From the NCBI GenBank assembly GCA_902796585.1, contig CADBPN010000131.1, forward strand, positions 1 through 56,040: 56,040 bases of DNA, given 5' to 3'. Position 1 is the first letter of the stretch; each line of letters starts with the position of its first letter. Under the pieces are notes generated by a model. That model was not told where the DNA came from and did no database searches. It worked only from the letters and a program-made list of their open reading frames with translations. The stretch comes from an uncultured bacterium. Its GTDB lineage: Bacteria > Cyanobacteriota > Vampirovibrionia > Gastranaerophilales > Gastranaerophilaceae. The position numbers and the translations under genes are program-made. Positions 1 to 9,215 of this stretch are shown in pieces.

Positions 1-2
1 CA

Positions 3-56
3 CAGCTTGGCAATACTGCAGGAGTAATCGGGGCATCCCTCTTAATAAAATCATAA
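3..56 (+). CDS. 3' end of ROK-family (glucokinase-like) protein, partial
   Basis: Manual translation QLGNTAGVIGASLLIKS* resembles the ROK C-terminal LGxxAGxIGA motif; only 17 residues visible. Confidence 0.6.
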   Translation, partial: QLGNTAGVIGASLLIKS

Positions 57-76
57 ATGAAGGTTTAATGAAAGAT

Positions 77-119
77 AAAATAAAACCGATTTCTTTTTAA
101 AAGAAATCGGTTTTATTTT
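77..119. terminator. Bidirectional intrinsic terminator
   Basis: Perfect inverted repeat aaaataaaaccgatttctttt / aaaagaaatcggttttatttt between convergent genes. Confidence 0.85.
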
Positions 120-134
120 GTTACCAGAAATTTT

Positions 135-1466
135 CTATTCTTTTAAGAATGATTCATAATTTCTTGCAAGTAAATGTGTTCTGACTTGGTTAATTAAATC
201 AAGTGCAACACCGACCATGATTATAAGAGATGTTGCTCCTATGCCTTGGAACGTTGTAATATGTGTAGCATAACTTGCAAAAGCAGGAACCAAAGCAATT
301 AGACCTAATCCCATAGCTCCAATGAATGTTGTTTTTGTAAGTATTTTGTCTAATGCTTCTGCGGTTGGTCTGCCCGGTTTAATTCCGGGGATTGAAGAAC
401 CGTATTTCTTCAAGTTATCTGCAATTTCTTTTGGCTGCATATTTGGCATAATAGAAGCATAAAAGAAAGTAAGTGCAACTATTAATCCAAAGTAGATTGC
501 ATAATAAGTAAGTCCGCTTGGATTAAATAATCTGTTTAACCAAATAACGACCGTTTCAGCTGTACCGGTCAAGTGAGCTTGTCCGACCAGTGAAAGAATT
601 GTTGATGGGAACAAAAGTATTGCAATAGCAAAAATTATTGGCATTACTCCTCCAGGATTTAATTTGAACGGAATAAATGTGTTAACACCGCCATAAACTT
701 TGTTTCCAACCTGTCTTTTTGGATTAACAATAATAACTTTTCTTACTGCTTCCTGCATTATAACAATAAATACCATAGTAGCAAAGAAGATTGCCAACAG
801 CAGAATAAGCCCCCACATTAATGAAGAATCTTGAGAAACTATTTGTGCTGTTCTTGATGAATACAAAGGTATTCCTGATATAATGCCGACAAAGATTATA
901 AGCGAACCGCCATTTCCGATTCCCTTTTCTGTTATTAATTCAGACATCCACATAACAAGTACTGAACCTGCTGTTAAAGAGACTATAGATGATATGTAAA
1001 ACATCAAATGGTTTACTCCCGGATTTATTGAATTCGGAAGGTGTGCCATATAGCTCATAAAAATCACAGCTTGAAAAACTGCTAAAATAACTGTAAAAAT
1101 TCTTGTATATTGTGAAAGTTTACGTCTGCCGGCTTCGCCGTCTTCTTTTTGCAATTTTTCTAACGAAGGTACAATTACAGCCATCAATTGAATAATAATT
1201 GAAGATGTGATGTACGGTCCGATACCTAATGCAAATATAGAAACTTTTCCCAACGCTCCGCCTGTAAATAAATCCAAAAATCCTAACAGGTTATTTTGTG
1301 CGGCTAAATTTGCGAATGCGGTATTATTTATCCCATATACCGGTAAATGTATGCCAAACCGAAACAATACCAACATGCCAAAAGTAAAAATCAATTTTTC
1401 TTTTAGGCCTGATGCGTTCCACATAGACATTAAATCTGCCGAAGTAGGCATTCTCATTCCTGTCAT
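135..1466 (-). CDS. secY: Preprotein translocase subunit SecY
   Basis: SIFALGIGPYITSSII, GIGNGGSLIIF, IPGIKPG, GATSLIIMVGV motifs; follows rplO. Confidence 0.98.
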   Translation of the reverse strand: MTGMRMPTSADLMSMWNASGLKEKLIFTFGMLVLFRFGIHLPVYGINNTAFANLAAQNNLLGFLDLFTGGALGKVSIFALGIGPYITSSIIIQLMAVIVPSLEKLQKEDGEAGRRKLSQYTRIFTVILAVFQAVIFMSYMAHLPNSINPGVNHLMFYISSIVSLTAGSVLVMWMSELITEKGIGNGGSLIIFVGIISGIPLYSSRTAQIVSQDSSLMWGLILLLAIFFATMVFIVIMQEAVRKVIIVNPKRQVGNKVYGGVNTFIPFKLNPGGVMPIIFAIAILLFPSTILSLVGQAHLTGTAETVVIWLNRLFNPSGLTYYAIYFGLIVALTFFYASIMPNMQPKEIADNLKKYGSSIPGIKPGRPTAEALDKILTKTTFIGAMGLGLIALVPAFASYATHITTFQGIGATSLIIMVGVALDLINQVRTHLLARNYESFLKE

Positions 1467-1507
1467 TTTATATTTCCCTCTTTAGTAATATTATTGTTCC
1501 AAAAGTG

Positions 1508-1590
1508 AATAAGGCAATAAGGTAATAGGGGAATAAGCAGGTTACCAATTTTATTTCAACTTATTGCCTTATTACCCTATTGCCCTTTTC
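1508..1590. repeat. Inverted pair of degenerate 8-bp tandem arrays (AATA(A/G)GGN)
   Basis: aataaggc-aataaggt-aatagggg-aataagca at 1508-1539; complementary array at 1560-1590. Confidence 0.75.
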
Positions 1591-1601
1591 ACGTACTAAG
1601 C

Positions 1602-2054
1602 TTAAACTAATTCAATTTTTCCGCCTGCAGCTTCGATTTTTTCTTTAGCTGATGGTGTAACATAGCTAGCCTTTATGTTTAATGCTTTCTTTATTTCACC
1701 ATTTCCTAAAATTCTCAAACCTTCGCTTGACGGATGAATTTTTTTAGCTTCTTTTAATGTTTCAAGAGAAATTTCTTTTAAGCCAAGAGCTTCAAGTCTG
1801 CCTACATTGATTGCTGCATAATTAATTTTGTTAATTATTTGGAATCCTTTCAATTTAGGAAGTCTTCTGTAACCGGGCATTTGTCCGCCTTCAAAACCTC
1901 TTTTTGAAGTTCTTCCAGATCTTTGACCTTCACCGTTATTACCGCGGCTTGATGTTTTACCGCATCCTGAAGAACGACCGCGGCCTACTCTAACAGTTTT
2001 CTTTGTAGCGCCTTCTGCAGGTCTTAAATCTTCTAATTTAATTTTATCTGCCAT
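1602..2054 (-). CDS. rplO: 50S ribosomal protein L15
   Basis: RVGRG..SG.GKT..RG, GFEGGQMP, IEAAGG. Confidence 0.98.
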   Translation of the reverse strand: MADKIKLEDLRPAEGATKKTVRVGRGRSSGCGKTSSRGNNGEGQRSGRTSKRGFEGGQMPGYRRLPKLKGFQIINKINYAAINVGRLEALGLKEISLETLKEAKKIHPSSEGLRILGNGEIKKALNIKASYVTPSAKEKIEAAGGKIELV

Positions 2055-2076
2055 TTTATTATCCTTTTCTATTAAA

Positions 2077-2268
2077 CTACTTTGTAACTTCTAATAAGTG
2101 CGAAATCTTGTTAACCATACCCATTATAACGGGTGTTTCTTCGTGTTCAACAACTTGGTCTTTTTTTGTAAAGCCCAATGCTCTAGCAACTTTACGCTGA
2201 GTTTCAGAACAACCGATTAAACTTTTTACAAGTTTAATTTGTATTTTTTTATTTGCTGTTTTTGCCAT
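2077..2268 (-). CDS. rpmD: 50S ribosomal protein L30
   Basis: IKLVKSLIG...ALG...GMVNKISHLL; lies between rpsE and rplO. Confidence 0.95.
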   Translation of the reverse strand: MAKTANKKIQIKLVKSLIGCSETQRKVARALGFTKKDQVVEHEETPVIMGMVNKISHLLEVTK

Positions 2269-2318
2269 TTTTATTTCCTTTTCTATATATTATTTAACAA
2301 TATATTTTGTTACCTGAA

Positions 2319-2975
2319 CTAATTTAAGAGTTCTGCCATTGTTAAGCCGCGTTTTTTAGCAACATCAGAAAACATCCTTAAAGATTTAAGTGCATCAATT
2401 GTTGCGTATGCTGCGTTAAGAGGTGATTTAGAACCTTGTGATTTAGTTAATATGTTTTCAATACCTGCAAGTTCAAGAACCGGACGTACTGCACCACCGG
2501 CAATAATACCTGTACCTTGTGAAGCAGGTCTTAACATAACCTTACCGGCACCTGAACGACCAACTATAGGGTGAGGAATTGTTGTTTTAAAAATAGGAAC
2601 TGTAATTAAGTTCTTTCTGCCGTCTGCAATAGCTTTTTGTATAGCGATAATAACTTCAGCAGCTTTAGCACAGCCAACACCAACTTGTCCTTTTTGGTTT
2701 CCTACAATAACAACCGCTCTGAAGCTTAATTTTTTACCACCTTTAACAACCTTTGTTACACGACTGATTTGAACAACTTGTTCTTTCCATTCTGATTCAG
2801 GTTTTGCTTCTTGAGTTTCTACGTTTTTCTTTCTGCCTCTTGATTTTTTAGCAGGAAGTTTTGTAACAACTTCTTCTGTAACATCTTCTGTTACTTCTGT
2901 TTCAGTTGATTCTTCAGTAGTTTCTTCAACTGCTGTTTCTTCAACGATTGTTTCATTTAAATTTTCTTCTGTCAT
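2319..2975 (-). CDS. rpsE: 30S ribosomal protein S5 with acidic N-terminal extension
   Basis: [18 protein letters not shown] motifs; about 60-aa E/T-rich N-terminal extension. Confidence 0.97.
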   Translation of the reverse strand: MTEENLNETIVEETAVEETTEESTETEVTEDVTEEVVTKLPAKKSRGRKKNVETQEAKPESEWKEQVVQISRVTKVVKGGKKLSFRAVVIVGNQKGQVGVGCAKAAEVIIAIQKAIADGRKNLITVPIFKTTIPHPIVGRSGAGKVMLRPASQGTGIIAGGAVRPVLELAGIENILTKSQGSKSPLNAAYATIDALKSLRMFSDVAKKRGLTMAELLN

Positions 2976-3153
2976 TTTTTACCTTTCTGAAATAAAATTT
3001 GTGTGCGTATTTGCACTAATAACTTGTAATTTTGTTCTAAAGATGAAAACCATCTTTGTATTTTTACATCTGAATTCTAATAAACCATAACAAAAAGTGC
3101 GGATTGAGCGCCTTTCACAGATATTCAAATGTGGGTTTTTTTCTGACATTAAG

Positions 3154-3182
3154 ATTCTAATATAAACAGTTTTTAAATGCAA
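3154..3182 (-). promoter_or_regulatory. Putative sigma70 promoter of rpsE-rpmD-rplO-secY
   Basis: TTGCAT-17nt-TAGAAT on the minus strand, just after the rpmE terminator. Confidence 0.55.
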
Positions 3183-3197
3183 GTAAAATGTGTACGT

Positions 3198-3232
3198 AAA
3201 AAACGAGACCTTTTAAATGGTCTCGTTTTTTT
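3198..3232. terminator. Intrinsic terminator downstream of rpmE
   Basis: aaaaaacgagacc...ggtctcgtttttt hairpin. Confidence 0.8.
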
Positions 3233-3251
3233 GCAAAATCTTAACAAACAA

Positions 3252-3452
3252 TTATTTTTGTCCGTAACGTTTTTTGAATCTTTCAACACGTCCTTCTGAG
3301 TCAAGGATTTTTTGTTGACCGGTATAGAACGGGTGGCAGTGTGAACAAATTTCAACTGTGATATTGTCAACAACTGATCCGGTTTCTATTTCGTTACCGC
3401 AAACACATTTGATAACTGTTTTCTTATAATCTGGATGGATACCATCTTTCAT
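3252..3452 (-). CDS. rpmE: 50S ribosomal protein L31 (Zn-binding form)
   Basis: [29 protein letters not shown]. Confidence 0.98.
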   Translation of the reverse strand: MKDGIHPDYKKTVIKCVCGNEIETGSVVDNITVEICSHCHPFYTGQQKILDSEGRVERFKKRYGQK

Positions 3453-3655
3453 AATTTACCTTCTTTCATATTTTCAAGATTCCAAACTTGAATAAAATTT
3501 CGACCATTATCATTCTAGTTTGCTAAAAAATTAATGTCAAATTTTAATAAAATGATTGTGAAATTATAATTCAATGCAAAATTAAATTTGTGATAGAATT
3601 GTATTGCATGAGATGTTAATAGTTGATTTTCTGCAATATTGCAGTGAGGAGTGAT

Positions 3656-4471
3656 ATGAGTATAAATCTTAAAAATTTTGAAATAGGCGGTGAAAAGCTT
3701 ACAATACTGGCAGGACCATGTGCTGTCGAAACTTTGGATATAATGCGTACAACTGCTGAGGGACTTAAAAACGTATGTGAACAACTAGGAATAAATTATG
3801 TGTTCAAATGCTCTTATGATAAAGCAAATCGCTCGTCAATAAACTCATATAGAGGACTGGGTATTGAAAAAGGACTTGAATATCTTGCCTTGATAAAAAA
3901 AGAATTTGATGTTCCTATAGTAACTGATATACATACTCCGGAACAGGCGGCAGTGGCAGCAGAAGTTGCTGATATATTACAAATTCCCGCTTTTTTATGC
4001 AGGCAAACTGATTTACTGGTTGCTGCTGCAAAAACAGGAAGAATTGTTAATATCAAAAAAGGTCAGTTTTTAGCTCCCCAACAAATGAAATCATTGGTAA
4101 AAAAAGTTGAAGATAGCGGAAACAATAAGATTATGTTGACAGATAGAGGAGTTTCATTCGGTTACAATAATTTAGTATCTGATTTTAGGGCTATACCTAT
4201 TATGAAAGAATTTGGTTATCCGGTTGTATTTGATGCAACTCATAGTGTACAAATGCCAGGGTCAAACGGAGATTCGACCGGCGGCGACAGAAGATTTGTA
4301 CCGCTTCTTGCAAGATGTGCAATGGCAGCGGGAGCGGATGTTTTATTTTTTGAAGTTCATCCTAACCCTGAGGAAGCTCTTTGTGACGGACCAAATATGC
4401 TTTATCTTAAAGATGCTCAAAAAGTGTTTGTTGAATGTAAGGCAATATATGAATTAGTAAAAAATCAGTAA
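3656..4471 (+). CDS. kdsA: KDO-8-phosphate synthase
   Basis: AGPC, DKANRSS, KKGQFL, DATHSVQ; start moved to ATG 3656 behind a GAGGAG RBS. Confidence 0.96.
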   Translation: MSINLKNFEIGGEKLTILAGPCAVETLDIMRTTAEGLKNVCEQLGINYVFKCSYDKANRSSINSYRGLGIEKGLEYLALIKKEFDVPIVTDIHTPEQAAVAAEVADILQIPAFLCRQTDLLVAAAKTGRIVNIKKGQFLAPQQMKSLVKKVEDSGNNKIMLTDRGVSFGYNNLVSDFRAIPIMKEFGYPVVFDATHSVQMPGSNGDSTGGDRRFVPLLARCAMAAGADVLFFEVHPNPEEALCDGPNMLYLKDAQKVFVECKAIYELVKNQ

Positions 4472-4609
4472 ATATTAGAATTAATGTTTCGGTTAAAAGA
4501 TTTATCCCATTGTATTAGGACAAAAACTTAAAGTTATGTTATTCTAATTTGTAGTGAAAGCCAAAATCAAATAACGGGTTCGGAATTCGTATATTATTCA
4601 GGATTTTAT

Positions 4610-5674
4610 ATGGAAATTATAAAGAAAATATTTAAAGATAAGTTTGCAAAAATTGCATTTATTGTATTGGCTGTAATCTATGCAGTGATTTTATTTGCAG
4701 ATTTTATTGCTCCATATTCAAGTATATATTCTAACAGAACTCTATCTTATGCACCACCTTCCAAAATATATACAATTGATGCGCATGGACATTTGTCCTT
4801 ACCTTATACGTACAATTATGTAAGGAAATATGATTCTGAGCTTATGCAGACTGTTTATAAAGAAGATAAGTGTCAAAAATATTTTATAAAATTATTTGTT
4901 AAGGGTGAAAAATATAAGTTTTTAGGATTGATACCGACACACAGACATTTATTTGGCGTAAAAGATGGTGGAGAATTGCATGTATTGGGTACGGATATAA
5001 ATGGCAGAGATGTGTTTTCGAGACTATTATTCGGCGGAAGAATATCTATGACTGTCGGATTTTTATCGCTTTTAATTGTATTCCCAATAGGATTATTATA
5101 TGGAGGAATTTCCGGTTATTTTAGCGGAATGACAGATGTTCTTATGATGAGGTTTGCAGAAGCTATTATGGCAATTCCAAGTTTTTATTTGCTGATAATA
5201 CTTGCCGCAATACTGCCAAGCGGAATGACAAGCATTCAACGGTTTGCACTGATAGTTGTAATATTGGCTATGATAGGCTGGGCAAGTTTTGCGAGAGTCG
5301 TAAGGGGAATGGTACTTTCAATAAAAGAAGAAGATTTTGTTCAAGCTGAAAGAGTTATGGGAGCTTCAAAACTAAGAATTATTTTAAAACATATTATTCC
5401 GCAAACAACAAGCTATGTTATTATCGCAATGACTTTATCGGTTCCTTCTTATATACTTGCAGAATCAGGGTTAAGTTTCTTGGGGCTTGGTATTCAACAG
5501 CCGGATGCAAGTTGGGGTAATATGTTAAAAGAAGCGCAAGAATTTACAAATATATTATACCGTCCTTGGCTTCTCGCTCCGGGTGGGTTAATTTTTATTG
5601 CTGTTCTTTCTTTTAATCTCTTAGGAGATGCTATTCGTGATATTTTAGATCCTAAGTCTGAGGTAAGAAGATAA
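4610..5674 (+). CDS. Oligopeptide/dipeptide ABC permease (OppC/DppC type)
   Basis: LGTD.NGRDVFSRL, EAA-like loop, ESGLSFLGLG, GDAIRDILDP. Confidence 0.92.
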   Translation: MEIIKKIFKDKFAKIAFIVLAVIYAVILFADFIAPYSSIYSNRTLSYAPPSKIYTIDAHGHLSLPYTYNYVRKYDSELMQTVYKEDKCQKYFIKLFVKGEKYKFLGLIPTHRHLFGVKDGGELHVLGTDINGRDVFSRLLFGGRISMTVGFLSLLIVFPIGLLYGGISGYFSGMTDVLMMRFAEAIMAIPSFYLLIILAAILPSGMTSIQRFALIVVILAMIGWASFARVVRGMVLSIKEEDFVQAERVMGASKLRIILKHIIPQTTSYVIIAMTLSVPSYILAESGLSFLGLGIQQPDASWGNMLKEAQEFTNILYRPWLLAPGGLIFIAVLSFNLLGDAIRDILDPKSEVRR

Positions 5675-5680
5675 GGCAGA

Positions 5681-7207
5681 TTATATTTCAGTTCTAAACT
5701 GAAGAGCAAGTGTAACATGTTCAAGCTTTATATCATTTGATTCCGACAAATCCGCAATAGTACGAGAAAGTTTTAAAATTCTATCATATTTTCTGCCGGA
5801 AAGTTGGTATTTTTGTGCCGCTGTTTTTAAAAATGCAGCAGTTTGGTCATCTAATTTGCAATATTTTTTAATTTGCTTACTGTTTAATTCAGAGTTTGTA
5901 AAAATACCTTCTTCTTTGTATCGGTTTGCTTGAATTTTTCTTGCATTAATAACTCTTTGTCTTATAACAGAAGACGGTTCAGAGTCTGATTTTGTATTTA
6001 TAAGTTCTTCTGTTGTCAATCTGGGGACTTTTACAACAATATCTATTCTATCTAATAAAGGACCGGATAATTTACTTCTGTATCGTTGAATTTGGAACTC
6101 AGAACAAGTACAGTCCTTTTCTTTATCCCCAAGAAAACCGCAAGGGCATGGGTTCATTGCCCCAACAAGCATAAATTTAGAAGGATATCTTATTGAATTT
6201 TTTGCTCTGGAGATTACGACTTCACCGTCTTCCAATGGCTGACGAAGAACCTCAAGAACTTGTCTTGGAAATTCCACCATTTCATCTAAAAAGAGCACGC
6301 CTCTATGAGCAAGAGTAATTTCTCCGGGTTTGGGGTTAGAACCTCCTCCTATTATACCGTTTTGAGATGCTGTATGGTGTACCGGACGATAAGGTCTTTT
6401 TGTCATAAGCGGATTATCTTTTTGCAAAAGTCCGCTTATACTGTATATTTTAGTTAATTCTAAAGCTTCTTGCAACTCCAGCGGCGGCAGAATTGAAGCA
6501 AGACATTTTGCCATCATTGTTTTGCCTGATCCGGGAGAACCGGACATAAGAATATTATGACCGCCAGCAGCTGCGATTTCCAAAGCTTTTTTTGCTTTTT
6601 GCTGACCTTTTACGTCCTTAAAATCAAATGTATAATCAATTTGTGAATTTTCTTCCAAATACTTATTAATATCTATAATTGTTTTAGGTAATGTATTTTC
6701 TCCGTTATAATGTTGAACAATATCCGATAAATGCTTTGCCCCGTATACATCAACTCCTTGAACCAAAGCTGCTTCTTTTGCATTTTCTTCCGGCACAAAA
6801 ACTGATTTTATGCCGCAATCTTTTAATCCGCTAATTAACGGTAAAACTCCGGCAACCGGCCTTATCGAACCGTCTAATGACAATTCTCCAAGATATGCTG
6901 TCGTTAAATCGTCCGGAATTTCTATACCATTTTCTTTTAATATTCCGATTGCAATAGGTAAATCAAATTGACTTCCTTCTTTTCGAATATCAGCAGGGGC
7001 AAGGTTAATTATAATTTTACCTAAGGGAAAAGAAAAACCGGAATTTTTAATAGCGGAATGAACACGTTCCTTTGCTTCTGATACAGCATTATCAGGAAGT
7101 CCTACGATGCTTATTCCGGGAAAAGCCTGAGAAGCAACATCTACTTCAACCTCTACTTTAAAAGAGTTTATTCCGATTGCTGCTGATGTAATAATTTTTG
7201 CTACCAT
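5681..7207 (-). CDS. comM: ComM/YifB Mg-chelatase-like AAA+ ATPase
   Basis: VGLPD, INLAPAD.RKEG, GSPGSGKT, LAHRGVLFLDE, NPCPCG. Confidence 0.93.
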   Translation of the reverse strand: MVAKIITSAAIGINSFKVEVEVDVASQAFPGISIVGLPDNAVSEAKERVHSAIKNSGFSFPLGKIIINLAPADIRKEGSQFDLPIAIGILKENGIEIPDDLTTAYLGELSLDGSIRPVAGVLPLISGLKDCGIKSVFVPEENAKEAALVQGVDVYGAKHLSDIVQHYNGENTLPKTIIDINKYLEENSQIDYTFDFKDVKGQQKAKKALEIAAAGGHNILMSGSPGSGKTMMAKCLASILPPLELQEALELTKIYSISGLLQKDNPLMTKRPYRPVHHTASQNGIIGGGSNPKPGEITLAHRGVLFLDEMVEFPRQVLEVLRQPLEDGEVVISRAKNSIRYPSKFMLVGAMNPCPCGFLGDKEKDCTCSEFQIQRYRSKLSGPLLDRIDIVVKVPRLTTEELINTKSDSEPSSVIRQRVINARKIQANRYKEEGIFTNSELNSKQIKKYCKLDDQTAAFLKTAAQKYQLSGRKYDRILKLSRTIADLSESNDIKLEHVTLALQFRTEI

Positions 7208-7228
7208 AGAAATATTATAGTATAAAAC

Positions 7229-7480
7229 TTATGAATCAGAAAGCAACGAAGATATTTCCGCAACAATTCTGGATATATCAGGGCCGCCGAAGATAGCTTC
7301 CAATATTAGATTTGCGTTAATAATTGTTGTTTCTCTATATTCCATAGTGTCAATGTCTATAACATTGAATTCTATGTAATCATCACCGACATACGTGACT
7401 TTTCCGTATTCAGCCCCTGTTGCCCATCTTAAAAAAACGTACTTTTGTTCAAAAACTTTTAGTCTGTCTATAAGCTTCAT
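7229..7480 (-). CDS. Small hypothetical beta-rich protein
   Basis: 83-aa ORF with RBS, co-oriented with neighbours. Confidence 0.7.
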   Translation of the reverse strand: MKLIDRLKVFEQKYVFLRWATGAEYGKVTYVGDDYIEFNVIDIDTMEYRETTIINANLILEAIFGGPDISRIVAEISSLLSDS

Positions 7481-7539
7481 TTATCTACCTTCATCTGATG
7501 TATATATATTATTCTTAGTGTAAAATTTTATAAAGTCAA

Positions 7540-8178
7540 TTATGCTTTTAAGTGCATTAATATATTTTTAAGTGCTAATTGATTTTCTGGGTTTATATTT
7601 ATGAATTTGAAAACATAAAATATTTTGTTTTCTTCTTTTGTTTCCCGAATAATTTCTGCTTCAAAATTCAGTTTTCGATTCGGTGTTGTCATGATAACAT
7701 CGCTGGGAATATTAATAACAAGATTTACTTTGTTTGCTTTGTTTTGTTCTAAAATTTCATTATTTAAGTATAATGAAACTCCTCCTGTTGAAATGTCATA
7801 AGTTTGTGATTCGAGAACAGAACTGTCGGAAAAAGATATTTCTATTGGGAAATTGACAATAAACCTTGAACTTTTTCTCATTTGTTCAAATTCCCAAACT
7901 TTTGGAATACCTGTTTCAAATACTACTTCTTGAACAGATGCTGTTGAACTTTTTATTACAGTGCTATTTTTGTAAAGTCCGTCTGTTGTATAAACAACAA
8001 TCTGAACGTCGGTATTGTCTATAGGTTTTGAATAATTAGACGGTAATTTTGCCGCAAAATAACACGATGTGTCATCCATGTATCGCAATCTCACAGGATA
8101 CTTAAATGCATTATTTATTTCCGTACTTACTAAATAGATATTAGTAACACCTGAATTTCTCAGAATATTCTGCTGCAT
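7540..8178 (-). CDS. PilZ-domain (YcgR-like) c-di-GMP receptor
   Basis: RKSSR (RxxxR) and DISTGG (DxSxxG) motifs; N-terminal beta domain. Confidence 0.85.
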   Translation of the reverse strand: MQQNILRNSGVTNIYLVSTEINNAFKYPVRLRYMDDTSCYFAAKLPSNYSKPIDNTDVQIVVYTTDGLYKNSTVIKSSTASVQEVVFETGIPKVWEFEQMRKSSRFIVNFPIEISFSDSSVLESQTYDISTGGVSLYLNNEILEQNKANKVNLVINIPSDVIMTTPNRKLNFEAEIIRETKEENKIFYVFKFININPENQLALKNILMHLKA

Positions 8179-8232
8179 AAAACCTCTCTTGCAAGATTAT
8201 ATCACATTTAAATACTTCTCTCAACAAAAATG

Positions 8233-8691
8233 TTACAAATTTTTGTAGGCATTTACGGCAAGTGAGTCGCATCTTTCATTATACTCATGACCGGCATGTC
8301 CTTTAACCCATATAAACTCTACGTCATGAGGTTCTTTTGCTTTTAGAAGTCTTTGCCATAATTCTATATTCTTGACAGGTTTTTTATCCGCTGTTTTCCA
8401 ACCTTTTTGAATCCAGCCGTCAATCCATTTCTTTTCAAACGCATCTATAACATATTTACTGTCAGACACTAAAGTGACTTTTGCAGGTTTTTTTAAAGCT
8501 TCCAAACCTGCAATAACAGCCATTAATTCCATCTGATTATTAGTTACAGATGGGAATCCTTCTGACAATTCCTTTTCATGACGTACACCATCTGAATCGA
8601 CATACAATAATACAGTACCGTAACCTCCGGGGCCGGGATTACCGCTGCACGCTCCGTCTGTATAAATAGTTACATTAACTTTTTCAGACAT
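8233..8691 (-). CDS. rnhA: Ribonuclease HI
   Basis: [34 protein letters not shown]. Confidence 0.97.
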   Translation of the reverse strand: MSEKVNVTIYTDGACSGNPGPGGYGTVLLYVDSDGVRHEKELSEGFPSVTNNQMELMAVIAGLEALKKPAKVTLVSDSKYVIDAFEKKWIDGWIQKGWKTADKKPVKNIELWQRLLKAKEPHDVEFIWVKGHAGHEYNERCDSLAVNAYKNL

Positions 8692-8696
8692 AAAAA

Positions 8697-9008
8697 TTAA
8701 GCAGCTACACCTTTAATTTCAGAAATAAGATATTTAGCAACCCAAGCAAAATCTTTGTTTGCATCTGCTGCTTTTTTTAGGTATTCAACAGAAGCTTCGC
8801 CGATTCTGATAAGAGTCATTGCTGCAACACCGCGTTTTACACCTTTTACAGTTTGTATTTGGTCAACCAATTCCGGAACTACCGCAGAACCTTGTTCTAC
8901 TAATATATTTTCAATTTTATTTTTAGTAACATTATCTGCTGAATCTAATTTTCCAAGAATTTCTTTAACTGATTGCATATCTTTCTCCTTTAATTTATCT
9001 TTAAGCAT
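8697..9008 (-). CDS. Small HEAT/PBS-lyase-like repeat protein
   Basis: Helical units GSAVVPELV and [16 protein letters not shown]. Confidence 0.65.
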   Translation of the reverse strand: MLKDKLKEKDMQSVKEILGKLDSADNVTKNKIENILVEQGSAVVPELVDQIQTVKGVKRGVAAMTLIRIGEASVEYLKKAADANKDFAWVAKYLISEIKGVAA

Positions 9009-9094
9009 TTTTATTATAGACGAAATTTTTTGAAAAATTAGATTTCCTTACATAATCTTAATATGGATGTAAAAAATATTAATTTTTCTGTTTT

Positions 9095-9112
9095 TTTGTA
9101 AACATTTGTAAA
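9095..9112 (-). promoter_or_regulatory. HLR1-like direct repeat
   Basis: TTTACAAA-tg-TTTACAAA on the minus strand. Confidence 0.5.
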
Positions 9113-9215
9113 TATTTATAAAATTTTTTATGACATGCTAGCAAAAAAATTTTTTATGCTTTTTTCCCCAATTATAAAAAGTGAAGTACTACGTTAAAAA
9201 AAGGAGTATATACGT

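Noticed and set aside
2282-2314. GGTAA-N17-TAATATATA upstream of rpmD as another motif copy
   Set aside because: Spacer is off by one, with several mismatches in very AT-rich sequence
2979-3784. Short ORFs 2979-3182, 3173-3373 and 3515-3784
   Set aside because: They overlap a promoter, a terminator, rpmE or kdsA and have no recognisable motifs
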